Assembly (NCBI GenBank): GCA_013285655.1
Contig: JABDHI010000004.1
Location: 7,772 to 71,771 of the forward strand
Source of the DNA: Bacteroidota bacterium
GTDB taxonomy: Bacteria; Bacteroidota; Bacteroidia; JABEUT01
Reading direction: 5' to 3'
DNA length: 64,000 bases
The position numbers were made by a program, and so were the translations under genes. The notes beneath the pieces are model-generated. The model saw nothing but the letters and a program-made list of their open reading frames with translations, made no database searches and was not told where the DNA came from. Of the stretch, positions 1-8,781 are shown piece after piece. The first letter of the stretch is position 1. Each line of letters begins with the position of its first letter.

Positions 1-401
1 GATAATGCAATTGCGACATAATAAAAAGGATAAGAGTATTTGAAAACATACCGGCTAAGAAGCAGGTACATACCCATAAATGCAACCAAGTGCATTATGA
101 TAATATTAAGGTTATAAGCAACAAGTGGAGAGAAAATTGTGTCCAATAATATGCCGATATTTAACTGCGATTCCATAACTCCACGAGGTATCCCCCAACA
201 AATATTGGGAATTAGGGTATGGTTCGATGCAAATAACGTTCCGCTATCGCACAAAACTTTTGCCCATGCCACATTTGAATTAAGGTTATCATGAATGAGA
301 TAACGAGCATGTGTAGCAAAAAATAAATTTGGAGAAAGATATAGAAATAGAAAAAGCAATGCCGGAACGTATGGATGTTTTAATTTTTCTAGCAATGACA
401 T
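1..401 (-). CDS. membrane protein, 5' part only (ORF runs off the left edge of the window)
   Basis: Absent from the ORF track because it has no stop in the window. Hand translation from ATG 401-399 gives MSLLEKLKHPYVPALLFLFLYLSPNLFFATHARYLIHDNLNSNVAWAKVLCDSG... and stays open to base 1. An in-frame TAA lies just upstream at 431-429. Hydrophobic segments are present. Same strand as, and 69 nt downstream of, the XrtF-associated gene. Confidence 0.5.
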   Translation of the reverse strand, partial: MSLLEKLKHPYVPALLFLFLYLSPNLFFATHARYLIHDNLNSNVAWAKVLCDSGTLFASNHTLIPNICWGIPRGVMESQLNIGILLDTIFSPLVAYNLNIIIMHLVAFMGMYLLLSRYVFKYSYPFYYVAIAL

Positions 402-470
402 TATAAATGAGTTACAGGAGTCCCCCCCTTAATACTGAGATAAAATTAGCGTAAAAAAACAAACAACAGG

Positions 471-944
471 CTACTTGTTGTTTTTATAATAATAGACTCC
501 AAGCAATAGTACAATAGTAATTACCGGCGACTGTTGGAAGTGCGTGATGTTACGTGATATACTAAAGCCATGGATATAAAACTGCAAAAAAACTCTACCC
601 AAAATTATAAAAACCAAGGAAATAGTAAATAGTAAACCATAAAGACCCAAAGCAATGAAGGCGACTTGACGCGCGTTAAAAACAAGGTAGAGTGATGTTG
701 CTGAAACTAAAGCGTATATTAGAGTAAATGAAAGAGTGAGAATCCATTTTGCTGTTACCAATTGATTGTAGTTATAAGACTCAAACATATTCATAAAGCC
801 AGGGAGTGGAGGATAAGCCGACTTGTAATAAAGCAAAGAAGCCCTTTCGTTAATATTGAGAAATATAAAATTCCTAAAGTAACCCAGGAAAAAAAAACAG
901 AGTGAAAACAGAATCAAATAAAATAGTGTTCTGCCTTTTTTCAA
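471..944 (-). CDS. exosortase F system-associated membrane protein (small polytopic partner of XrtF)
   Basis: 157 aa with several hydrophobic helices. The start (TTG at 944) overlaps the xrtF stop, which suggests translational coupling. A small membrane protein directly after xrtF is the arrangement I recall as typical of XrtF loci. Confidence 0.6.
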   Translation of the reverse strand: MKKGRTLFYLILFSLCFFFLGYFRNFIFLNINERASLLYYKSAYPPLPGFMNMFESYNYNQLVTAKWILTLSFTLIYALVSATSLYLVFNARQVAFIALGLYGLLFTISLVFIILGRVFLQFYIHGFSISRNITHFQQSPVITIVLLLGVYYYKNNK

Positions 945-1483
945 TTGCTCTGTTTTAGAATTGGTGCTTTAGCTATTTTTTTTACCCACAAATACCACAT
1001 GCCAAAAATAGCTCCATAAACAAGTATGTTGAAGGTGTATGTATGATTAAAGTCGAGGATGCTTTTTGAACAGAAGCGTTGTATCATTGCAAGTACAACA
1101 ACCCTTAAAATATTCATACAAGTTATAATTATCCAGCCTAGTGGTATGTACCATAGTTTTTGTTTCCAATAACCAGGAAAAGCTATTATAAACCCCATAA
1201 AAATTGCGCATAATTCAATACTATCACAATTATCACCCATCCAAAGCCCACCGGCGCCATCAATGCCTATAAGGCGTGTTTTGTACTGAAATGTAACGAA
1301 CCCCAGTAAATTTAGTATTCTTCGTGCCGCATTCATAGTAAGCGCTACTACCCTTAAATCGATAATATCAATAGGGTGAATCCATATTTCATAAATCAAA
1401 TACCATGCCACATAAAATATTACAGCATTAAATAAAAAACGATAAAGAGGATTTTTGAATATACTTGAGAATGTGTATGGCAT
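941..1483 (-). CDS. xrtF: exosortase family protein XrtF
   Basis: 180-aa polytopic membrane protein. It carries exosortase-type catalytic motifs in the expected order: Cys in 'GDNCDSIELC', Arg in 'MNILRVVVLAMI', His in 'DFNHTYTF'. Short Bacteroidota-type length. Located next to a Wzc-like gene. Confidence 0.75.
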   Translation of the reverse strand: MPYTFSSIFKNPLYRFLFNAVIFYVAWYLIYEIWIHPIDIIDLRVVALTMNAARRILNLLGFVTFQYKTRLIGIDGAGGLWMGDNCDSIELCAIFMGFIIAFPGYWKQKLWYIPLGWIIITCMNILRVVVLAMIQRFCSKSILDFNHTYTFNILVYGAIFGMWYLWVKKIAKAPILKQSN

Positions 1484-1512
1484 TGGGTTAGAGATGTTAA
1501 GTTAATTCCAAA

Positions 1513-3888
1513 TTAACTATTGCCATAGGTGCCATACCCACCATAGCCTCCACCGTAACCATATCCGCCGTAATAACCATAGCGGTTATAGTAATATTTC
1601 GATTTTTTTCGTTTAACGTTATTTAATACAAAACCGAAATTAGTAATCTTATTAATGTGAACGGTCTCTTCTACATACCGTATCGCCTTCTTGTCAGCAA
1701 ATTTGGTGTTTAACACAAATAAATTAATATCTGACAATTTCATTAACATTAATGCATCCGAAATAAAACCTAAAGGAGGAGTGTCAATAATAACATAATC
1801 ATAATGAGCCTTTCCGTAGTTTATTACGTCCTTTACTTTATCCGACAATACAAGTTCAGATGAGTTAGGTGGGACAGGGCCACAAAGTATAACATCTAAA
1901 CCCTGAATTTGTGTGTTTGCAATTGTTTCTTCAATCGTGGTCTTTTTAATAATAACAGTTGTAAGACCTTTATCCGGCGATATGTTTAGTACTTTATGCA
2001 TACGGGGTTTATGCAAGTCAAACTCTAATAAAAGTACTTTTTTGTCAGCTTTTGCCAAAATAGCCGCAATGTTCATGGAACAGAACGTTTTTCCCTCTGA
2101 TGGGCCATTTGAAGTAAACAAGATAACCTTTTGACCTGGCTCGGTTATCATGTATTGTAAGTTAGTACGCAATGTTCTGAATGATTCGGTAAGCGGTGAC
2201 TTAGGATTGTCTTCAATAGCAAAAGATAATTCAGCAAGTAATGGGGCCGAAATGATTTCACCAATAACTGGTAAAGATGTATTGGCTTTGAGTTCTTGAA
2301 TACTTTCAATATGGTCAAAGAAAAATAACCTTATTGCAATAATTATACCAGCAATTATAAGTCCAATTAACATAAATTGGTAGTACATAGAAGTTCTTTC
2401 CGGAGCTACGATACCAATAGATCTGGCCTTTTCGAGTACTTTAGTTTGCGGAATAATTGCGGATTTTTCGATAATTGTACTTACTCGCTTTTCAAGTAAT
2501 AGGTCATATAATCTGGTGTTGATTTCTTCTTGACGTTGAATATTTGAGAGGCCACGTTTTATCTCAGGCATTGATCTAATAGTGCTAATGGAAGTGAAAT
2601 TAGATGAATCTGCCATCGCTATTTTATCATTAAGGGCTTTACGTAAGCTATTAATATAGGTTAGCAGTTGCTCAGATATGCGCTTTAATTCTTTTTTTCC
2701 ATCAATAACTACGGGATTTTGTTCAGTATTAGCGCTACTTGTAGCACCTAATATTCTCATCTGAATACCATATAACTGACTTGTTAACTGCGCTATAAAT
2801 GCATCATTGCCATTAAGATAAACCGAAGGAGGCATAAATTCAGGATCCTTGCCTTCTATTATGTATTGCTCTAGGTCATTCAAAGATGCTATTTGTTCCT
2901 GAATCTTTTTTTTGTCGGTCTTAGAGTTTAGATAATTATTCATTATTGACTGATCTTCCTGATTAATGTCAATAATGTTTCTCTTTATCTTATAATTTTC
3001 GATTTCCATTTCAATGGTATCAATAATATTCGAAATAAAATCCATTTCATTGTTAATGAAATTCATAGTGTTCTTATTTCGTTGATATTCTGTATTTACA
3101 GTAGACTCGATATATAGCTTGTCAAGTGTATCGAGGAAAGTAACGGCCCGGCTAGGTATAAGGTCGCTTAACGTTATTTGGAATATGTTGGTGTAGTCAA
3201 GATTTTTGACTGTTAATGAGCTTCTGAATTTATTAACCAGGGTAGGTGTGTTATGTATCTGGAACTCATAATTAATAAGCTTTACATCATCAATCGAATT
3301 TTGGTCAAGATCCATTGAGCTTGATACGTGCAATTTCATATCAGCGTTTATAAAATCATCACCAAAATTTCCATCTTGGCTATATTCATGCTCACCTTTT
3401 AAATAGCTTATTCTGAAATGATATTTGTCGAGTATAAGAAAGTTGATATATTTCTCATAAAAAGCCGGATTTAAATAGTATGGAGTGATTTTAAAAGGAA
3501 CCGAAAGATATACCTCTGTTTTTCTTAAGCGCCCTTCAATAAAATAAGAAACGTTAATGTTAAGTTTATCCACAACATTTTTTATAAGGTCATATGATTG
3601 TATAACCCTTATTTCGTTACTATTATCAACATAGCCTTGGTATGACCCATAATTACCTATAACGCTATTAGTATTAAACTGGTCGTTTGACTTAAAAAGT
3701 AATTGGGTTTGAGCAGCATAAATATCTGGCAGACGATATGCGTAAAAATAACCAATAGAATAGCCTATAGCCCCTAAGATTAACGCTATCCACCAATTTT
3801 TAAGGACAGTTTTAATTACCAATCTAATCTCAGGAGATTCGAGTATAGAGGAGTTGCTTTTTAAAGGTGGGGTAACTGTAGTTTCCAT
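1513..3888 (-). CDS. wzc: polysaccharide co-polymerase / tyrosine autokinase (Wzc/GumC-like, PCP2a type)
   Basis: 791 aa. N-terminal TM helix, long coiled periplasmic region, second TM helix. C-terminal kinase with Walker A 'SNGPSEGKTF', Walker A' 'LLLEFDLHKP' and Walker B 'YVIIDTPP'. Tyr-rich tail 'YYYNRYGYYGGYGYGGGYGGYGTYGNS'. Confidence 0.9.
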   Translation of the reverse strand: METTVTPPLKSNSSILESPEIRLVIKTVLKNWWIALILGAIGYSIGYFYAYRLPDIYAAQTQLLFKSNDQFNTNSVIGNYGSYQGYVDNSNEIRVIQSYDLIKNVVDKLNINVSYFIEGRLRKTEVYLSVPFKITPYYLNPAFYEKYINFLILDKYHFRISYLKGEHEYSQDGNFGDDFINADMKLHVSSSMDLDQNSIDDVKLINYEFQIHNTPTLVNKFRSSLTVKNLDYTNIFQITLSDLIPSRAVTFLDTLDKLYIESTVNTEYQRNKNTMNFINNEMDFISNIIDTIEMEIENYKIKRNIIDINQEDQSIMNNYLNSKTDKKKIQEQIASLNDLEQYIIEGKDPEFMPPSVYLNGNDAFIAQLTSQLYGIQMRILGATSSANTEQNPVVIDGKKELKRISEQLLTYINSLRKALNDKIAMADSSNFTSISTIRSMPEIKRGLSNIQRQEEINTRLYDLLLEKRVSTIIEKSAIIPQTKVLEKARSIGIVAPERTSMYYQFMLIGLIIAGIIIAIRLFFFDHIESIQELKANTSLPVIGEIISAPLLAELSFAIEDNPKSPLTESFRTLRTNLQYMITEPGQKVILFTSNGPSEGKTFCSMNIAAILAKADKKVLLLEFDLHKPRMHKVLNISPDKGLTTVIIKKTTIEETIANTQIQGLDVILCGPVPPNSSELVLSDKVKDVINYGKAHYDYVIIDTPPLGFISDALMLMKLSDINLFVLNTKFADKKAIRYVEETVHINKITNFGFVLNNVKRKKSKYYYNRYGYYGGYGYGGGYGGYGTYGNS

Positions 3889-3959
3889 TATATTATAAAA
3901 TAATGACCGCAGTTAATTGATAATTTGTTTGTATATGCACAAAAAATATGATGGTATAA

Positions 3960-4198
3960 TTAAGATTGTATATAACTGTTCTTTTTAGCGCGATATAAGA
4001 CATATGCGCCATAAAGTAAGCCTATGGCAATCAGTACAAAAGCTCCATTATTTAGCGGCATACCGCAAATGCATGGTGGTGGCCAGCAACAAGGATTTGG
4101 AGGCGGAGGCGGGGGGGGGGAGGCGGTTGAGAAAATAAAGGAGATGCACATATTATTATGCCAAATACCAATAAATTTCTTAAAAATTTCTTCTGCAT
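3960..4198 (-). pseudogene. small secreted Pro/Cys-rich protein with C-terminal helix + basic tail, split into two frames by a C10 tract (frameshifted, phase-variable, or sequencing error)
   Basis: ATG at 4198 opens MQKKFLRNLLVFGIIICASPLFSQPPPPP, a typical Sec signal peptide. After the C10 run this frame reads RLRLQILVAGHHHAFAVCR and stops at 4052. The tracked 63-aa ORF (3960-4151) is in another frame, has no signal peptide, and has no upstream start. A tract of 11 or 8 C would fuse the two into about 79 aa. Confidence 0.5.
4111..4120. repeat. G10/C10 homopolymeric tract inside the micro-gene
   Basis: Read directly: 'ggc gggggggggg agg'. It encodes part of a poly-Pro run on the minus strand. 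A G/C homopolymer of this length stands out in this AT-rich locus. Confidence 0.95.
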
Positions 4199-4216
4199 AG
4201 CATTTATTTCGTAATT

Positions 4217-4224
4217 CAAATATA
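4217..4224 (-). promoter_or_regulatory. candidate Bacteroidota -7 promoter box (TATATTTG) for the micro-gene / wzc string
   Basis: Reverse complement of 'caaatata' is TATATTTG, which matches the TAnnTTTG consensus. About 18 nt lie between the box and the ATG at 4198. Confidence 0.4.
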
Positions 4225-4283
4225 ACTAAAATTAGATAACAAATAGAGCTTTTGAAGCTATAAGCAACATTACGGTAAGGCCT

Positions 4284-5084
4284 CTATTCCTTAATACGAA
4301 TATACCGTTCCCAGAAATTTGGTTCGATTTTAGGCCATGCATGGCAACCAAAAGGTAGTTTGTCTGGTCCAGTAATAAATCTTGATGGACCGGCTTCAAT
4401 GGAAAACTTCAATGCTTCCTCAGGTGTAGGTATCTTATACCATTTGAAATTACTTGCCACAATTATACCCCAAAAAACATCTTCGTGCAAATAGTAATCA
4501 TTAAATAATATAAAGGTATTGTTTCTTACAGTCAGGTTGCTTAACAGGGTTAAAAAACTTCTTAAGTTTTTTTTTGAAAGGAACTCTTTATATAACGTCT
4601 TGGGTTTCCTTATATAAGAAAAGCTACGTAATACTTTTAAATGACTTTCTGTTTTTCGTAATGAAAACCCACCATTACCAATACCCATTATTTTAGCATC
4701 TGGTAGTGGATTTTTCCATCCTTCGAGCCATGGAGCTCCAATATAATCGTACCCTTTATTGCACCAATATTGTAATTCATCGCGAAAAACCCATGCGTCT
4801 AATTCATAAAATAGAATGTATTGGTATTGTCTGTATTTTTTGTACAAAAATGGGACAATTTTGAGCCTGCCAAACATAGTATAATTCGATTGCCATTTTG
4901 GGTCAATAAAGTCAAATTGGGCGTTGGGAGCAATTTTTAAATATTCATTTACATTTAGTCCTTTGGGGCATATTAGTCGAATAGGATGCTTATTTAATAC
5001 AGAAAAGCATTGTTTTAGCGATTCTTTTTCAGTTTCGGTAAGCAACTCTTTATGGGCTATTATTAATATGATACACTGAGGCAT
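4284..5084 (-). CDS. DUF5672-like protein (glycan-locus associated, putative glycosyltransferase-like)
   Basis: 266 aa. The motifs 'DYIGAPW' and 'GNGGFSLRK' match my recollection of the DUF5672 family. Sits in the glycan locus, 1 nt after the upstream gene. Confidence 0.5.
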   Translation of the reverse strand: MPQCIILIIAHKELLTETEKESLKQCFSVLNKHPIRLICPKGLNVNEYLKIAPNAQFDFIDPKWQSNYTMFGRLKIVPFLYKKYRQYQYILFYELDAWVFRDELQYWCNKGYDYIGAPWLEGWKNPLPDAKIMGIGNGGFSLRKTESHLKVLRSFSYIRKPKTLYKEFLSKKNLRSFLTLLSNLTVRNNTFILFNDYYLHEDVFWGIIVASNFKWYKIPTPEEALKFSIEAGPSRFITGPDKLPFGCHAWPKIEPNFWERYIRIKE

Positions 5085-5085
5085 G

Positions 5086-6348
5086 CTAAATAAACTTGCT
5101 TATAACTGTTAGCCTTTCGGCATTTTGATTTTTATAATTGTAAATCTCTGATATTCTTTTCTTCCCTTCTGTTGCTATCAATTTCATTCTCTCCTTGTCG
5201 CCTTTTAATACAAGTAACTTATCAACTATATCCTCATTAGTAGGCCTGATTTTTAAATAATGTAATCCGTCAATGAATATTTCAGGGCTTTCATTAAGCT
5301 CGTTGGTTAATAACATAACACAATTGTTAAACCCCCCAGCAAGTGAAGATCCAAGCGGAAATCCATCGAATGCACCCGGAGCGATAACATTTGGCTTATT
5401 AGGCGAAATTAAAATGTCTTTATCTTCAAAAAAAGTACTGAAAATTTCTTCACCAATGTGGCCATAAAACTTAACTCTATTTTCAATCTCAGTGTAAATA
5501 AGGTCTGCTTTTGTGAAATTGCCTACAATATGAAAATTAAAGGAGGGATTATCTATTAATGCAAGTACCGCTTCCTGAAAAACGTCAAAGCCTTTATCTT
5601 TCCCATAAGGCCTATATTTATGAGCAATAAATACCACGTCAATAGAAGTCTTATTACCTGAAAAATATTTTTTCTCAAGCAAAACAGTTTCCTTAGTGTC
5701 TTTAAATTGAAGTGGAATACCATAAATGAAAAAGATTTTCTCCTTAGGCATTTGTAGTATATTTGTCAAATAGTCATACGTAACTTTCTGGTCAGTAATT
5801 ACAAACTTACAGAGGGGATCTCCAATTGCTTCCTTTAATAAGGTATCACAAGCAGTATCATTAAGCTTAAACCCACCACCAGGATATAAGGTAAAGCCAA
5901 AAAATGCTTTGTTTTTTTTTAGCAATGTATAATACCTTTTTATATTGTTATAAAAAAGCAAGTAAACAAGCTTCGAATTAATTGAGGTACCTTTTCTTAT
6001 CGGTGTTAGCTTTTCTGCTAATAAAGGATATCCTTTTTGCAATTCTTCAAAATGTTGATAGTACTCCTTTTCTCCTTTAAGCAATGTATTGCTAAAGTCT
6101 ACTATAACCTTAGATTTAGGGTAAAGCCTGATTAAGTTTTCATACTCAAAATTACGCCAGGGAGTAAGTGGTATAGGTAATAGGTCATCAATAATTATGA
6201 GGTCATATTTTTTTCCTTTTATAAAAAGGAAGTGGTCTTCAAGTGATTTTTTTAATCGTGTAGGCATAGCTCGCCATACTTTATTGCTTATAAAGTAGAA
6301 TAGCTTTTGACGGAACGACTTGTGTTTCGAAAATTCTATATGCGTCAT
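5086..6348 (-). CDS. putative glycosyltransferase (GT-B-like C-terminal half)
   Basis: 420 aa. The C-terminal region 'GAFDGFPLGSSLAGGFNNCVMLLTNE' resembles the nucleotide-sugar-binding segment of GT1/GT4 enzymes. The N-terminal half is not recognised. The call is context-based. Confidence 0.4.
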   Translation of the reverse strand: MTHIEFSKHKSFRQKLFYFISNKVWRAMPTRLKKSLEDHFLFIKGKKYDLIIIDDLLPIPLTPWRNFEYENLIRLYPKSKVIVDFSNTLLKGEKEYYQHFEELQKGYPLLAEKLTPIRKGTSINSKLVYLLFYNNIKRYYTLLKKNKAFFGFTLYPGGGFKLNDTACDTLLKEAIGDPLCKFVITDQKVTYDYLTNILQMPKEKIFFIYGIPLQFKDTKETVLLEKKYFSGNKTSIDVVFIAHKYRPYGKDKGFDVFQEAVLALIDNPSFNFHIVGNFTKADLIYTEIENRVKFYGHIGEEIFSTFFEDKDILISPNKPNVIAPGAFDGFPLGSSLAGGFNNCVMLLTNELNESPEIFIDGLHYLKIRPTNEDIVDKLLVLKGDKERMKLIATEGKKRISEIYNYKNQNAERLTVISKFI

Positions 6349-6611
6349 TCCGCCCTTTAAAAAAAATTACTAAAAAAGTTTTAAGGTAGATAATTCAAAA
6401 ACAAAAGTAGTCATTTAAATATTTTATATGGGCCTTATGTGTCAAATGTATATATGGTTATAATCCTTAGATGTTCTGTTTGTTGTTTTTACTGTTATTA
6501 TTGCCTGTTATTTGGCTTTTTTTATAATTATATTAGGCTTACTGTAATGTTTTTTTTGTGATAATCTGCAAATAAGGCATTATCGGCTAGTGTAGATAGG
6601 TAGGTAATGGA

Positions 6612-6619
6612 TATATTTG
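6612..6619 (+). promoter_or_regulatory. candidate -7 promoter box (TATATTTG) for the plus-strand glycan operon
   Basis: Exact TAnnTTTG match 28 nt upstream of the wzm ATG (6647). It lies in the 298-bp divergent intergenic region. Confidence 0.4.
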
Positions 6620-6646
6620 CTGTGATTTTACGTATTTGATAGAATA

Positions 6647-7498
6647 ATGAAAGAAGAAGAAAAATGGGACCTTGTTATTAAACCCCGTTATAAGTGGTAT
6701 CAGATTGATTTGGCTTCGATTTGGCAGTACAAAGATTTGATCGGGTTATTGGTGCGCAGAGATTTTGTGGCGGCTTATAAGCAAACTATTTTTGGCCCGT
6801 TGTGGTATTTTGTACAGCCCATACTAACTTCGCTTACGTTTACATTTATCTTCGGTGGAATTGCTAAGATAAGTACTGATGGAGCGCCTCCAATGCTTTT
6901 TTACTTCGGTGGAATAACGATATGGACTTATTTTTCTGATTGTTTTACCCGTACTTCATCCACATTCACCTCTAACGCAGGAGTATTTGGTAAAGTGTAT
7001 TTCCCACGACTAATTATGCCTTTATCTGTTTTAATTTCTACTTTATTTAAGTTTGGTATACAGTTCCTTATTTTTATTGTCCTTTGGGTCTATTTCATGC
7101 ACACTACTACTAAGGTTCACCCTCAATGGGCCTACATGTTGCTTTTACCTATTTTAATTTTTATGATGGCTGGCTTGGGGCTTGGTTTTGGTATCTTAGT
7201 ATCATCATTAACAACAAAGTACCGAGATCTTATATTTTTAGTTGGTTTTGGGGTTCAGTTGCTAATGTGGGCAAGTTGCGTTGTCTTGCCGCTTTCCACA
7301 ATGCCGCCAAAAATAAAGGCGATAATGTTGTTAAACCCATTTACCTCAATTATCGAAACATTTAGGTTTATGTTTATTGGTAGTGGTCAATTTTTAGGTA
7401 TATGGCTGGTATATGGTTTTGGCTTTATGCTGCTAACTGTGTTTATTTCTGTCGTAATATTTAGTAGGGTTGAGAAAACTTTTATGGATACAGTATAA
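6647..7498 (+). CDS. wzm: ABC-2 type polysaccharide exporter permease (Wzm/TagG/KpsM family)
   Basis: 283 aa, about 6 TM helices. The N-terminal 'LVRRDFVAAYKQTIFGPLWYFVQPIL' is typical of O-antigen/teichoic acid ABC-2 permeases. Followed directly by the ATPase gene. Confidence 0.85.
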   Translation: MKEEEKWDLVIKPRYKWYQIDLASIWQYKDLIGLLVRRDFVAAYKQTIFGPLWYFVQPILTSLTFTFIFGGIAKISTDGAPPMLFYFGGITIWTYFSDCFTRTSSTFTSNAGVFGKVYFPRLIMPLSVLISTLFKFGIQFLIFIVLWVYFMHTTTKVHPQWAYMLLLPILIFMMAGLGLGFGILVSSLTTKYRDLIFLVGFGVQLLMWASCVVLPLSTMPPKIKAIMLLNPFTSIIETFRFMFIGSGQFLGIWLVYGFGFMLLTVFISVVIFSRVEKTFMDTV

Positions 7499-7499
7499 G

Positions 7500-8780
7500 A
7501 TGAGCCAAGAGATAATTAGAATAGAGAATGTAGGAAAGCAATATAGGCTCGGGCAGGTAGGTACGGGCACCTTTTCTCAGGATATAACCCGTTGGATACA
7601 TAAAATACGTGGAAAAGAAGATCCATACGTGCAAGTTATTGAGGATAATGATCCGTCTGCCAAAGGTGGCTCTGATTTGATCTGGGCTCTGAGAGATATA
7701 AGTTTTAGTGTTAATCGGGGCGAAGTATTGGGGATAGTAGGTAAAAATGGTGCAGGTAAGTCAACACTCCTAAAAATATTATCGCGTGTAACCAGCCCAA
7801 CCATAGGAGAAATAAAAGTTAAAGGTCGAATAGCCTCCCTCTTAGAAGTGGGCACTGGTTTTCATCCTGAGCTTTCTGGACGAGAGAATATTTTTTTAAA
7901 CGGCGCTATACTCGGTATGACCAAGCAGGAAATACGGACTAAATTTGAAGAAATAGTTGATTTTAGTGGAGTGGAGCGTTTTATAGATACACCTGTTAAG
8001 CGCTATAGCAGTGGTATGTATGTTAGGTTAGCATTTGCTGTTGCTGCACATTTGGAGCCTGAAATATTAATAGTAGATGAAGTACTTGCCGTAGGCGATG
8101 CTGAATTTCAGAGGAAATGTATGGGCAGGATGAAAGATGTGAGCGGCGAAGGGAGGACAGTAATATTTGTTAGTCATAATATGACGGCTGTAAATTCTCT
8201 TTGCACCGAGTGTATATATTTAAGAGGTGGACGAATTGTATCAAAAGGTAATACCCAGGACATTGTTAATCAATACCTTTCAACAGAAGAGACAAGTAGA
8301 GTTTATGTTGATTGGAAGAATGGAAATAATCCGGGAGATGATGTTGCTATTCTTCATTCTGTTAAGCTTATTGACGAGAATTTAAAAGGTATTTCATTTG
8401 CAACTATTGATAAAAAAATAGGTGTCGAGTATGTTTATGAGATATTAAAAGATGATTATGTCCTGTATCCAAATGTTCACCTATTTACCTCAAAACGAGA
8501 ACATGTATTTGTTGGGACAAATAGGAACGCGCCTAAATTTACTCCTCCAGGTGTATATAAAGTAATAATGTGGGTTCCCGAAAACCTGTTAAATGAGGGT
8601 GTCTATGTTATAGGTGCCGCACTTACATCACTAAATCCTACTGTAGTCCATTTTTGGGAATCAGAAGCCTTGGTGTTTGAGGTGATTGAAGATTTAAATA
8701 AGCGAGGTCATGATTATCACCACAGAATACCTGGTGTAATTAGGCCTATTTTAAATTGGGACATTCAAAAAATCAGTTAA
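7500..8780 (+). CDS. wzt: polysaccharide ABC exporter ATP-binding protein with C-terminal extension (Wzt-like)
   Basis: Walker A 'GKNGAGKST', signature 'YSSGM', Walker B 'ILIVDE', H-loop 'VSHN'. A beta-rich C-terminal extension follows the NBD. I prefer the ATG at 7500 (MSQEIIRIENVGKQY) over the tracked 7470 start, which overlaps wzm. Confidence 0.85.
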   Translation: MSQEIIRIENVGKQYRLGQVGTGTFSQDITRWIHKIRGKEDPYVQVIEDNDPSAKGGSDLIWALRDISFSVNRGEVLGIVGKNGAGKSTLLKILSRVTSPTIGEIKVKGRIASLLEVGTGFHPELSGRENIFLNGAILGMTKQEIRTKFEEIVDFSGVERFIDTPVKRYSSGMYVRLAFAVAAHLEPEILIVDEVLAVGDAEFQRKCMGRMKDVSGEGRTVIFVSHNMTAVNSLCTECIYLRGGRIVSKGNTQDIVNQYLSTEETSRVYVDWKNGNNPGDDVAILHSVKLIDENLKGISFATIDKKIGVEYVYEILKDDYVLYPNVHLFTSKREHVFVGTNRNAPKFTPPGVYKVIMWVPENLLNEGVYVIGAALTSLNPTVVHFWESEALVFEVIEDLNKRGHDYHHRIPGVIRPILNWDIQKIS

Positions 8781-8781
8781 T

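Noticed and set aside
1513-1620. Gly/Tyr low-complexity 3' end of the wzc ORF as a possible artefact or separate repeat element
   Set aside because: A C-terminal tyrosine-rich cluster is the expected autophosphorylation tail of Wzc-type BY-kinases.
4052-4198. Treating the 48-aa frame-A product (signal peptide + PPPPPRLRLQILVAGHHHAFAVCR) as the genuine mature gene
   Set aside because: This cannot be excluded. However, the post-tract sequence looks arbitrary, while the other frame yields a coherent Pro/Cys-rich segment plus a TM helix and basic tail. I therefore favour the frameshift/phase-variation reading.
7470-7499. Tracked upstream start of the Wzt gene (MRKLLWIQYK...)
   Set aside because: It would overlap the wzm 3' end by 29 nt. 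The ATG at 7500, immediately after the wzm stop, gives the canonical ABC ATPase N-terminus.
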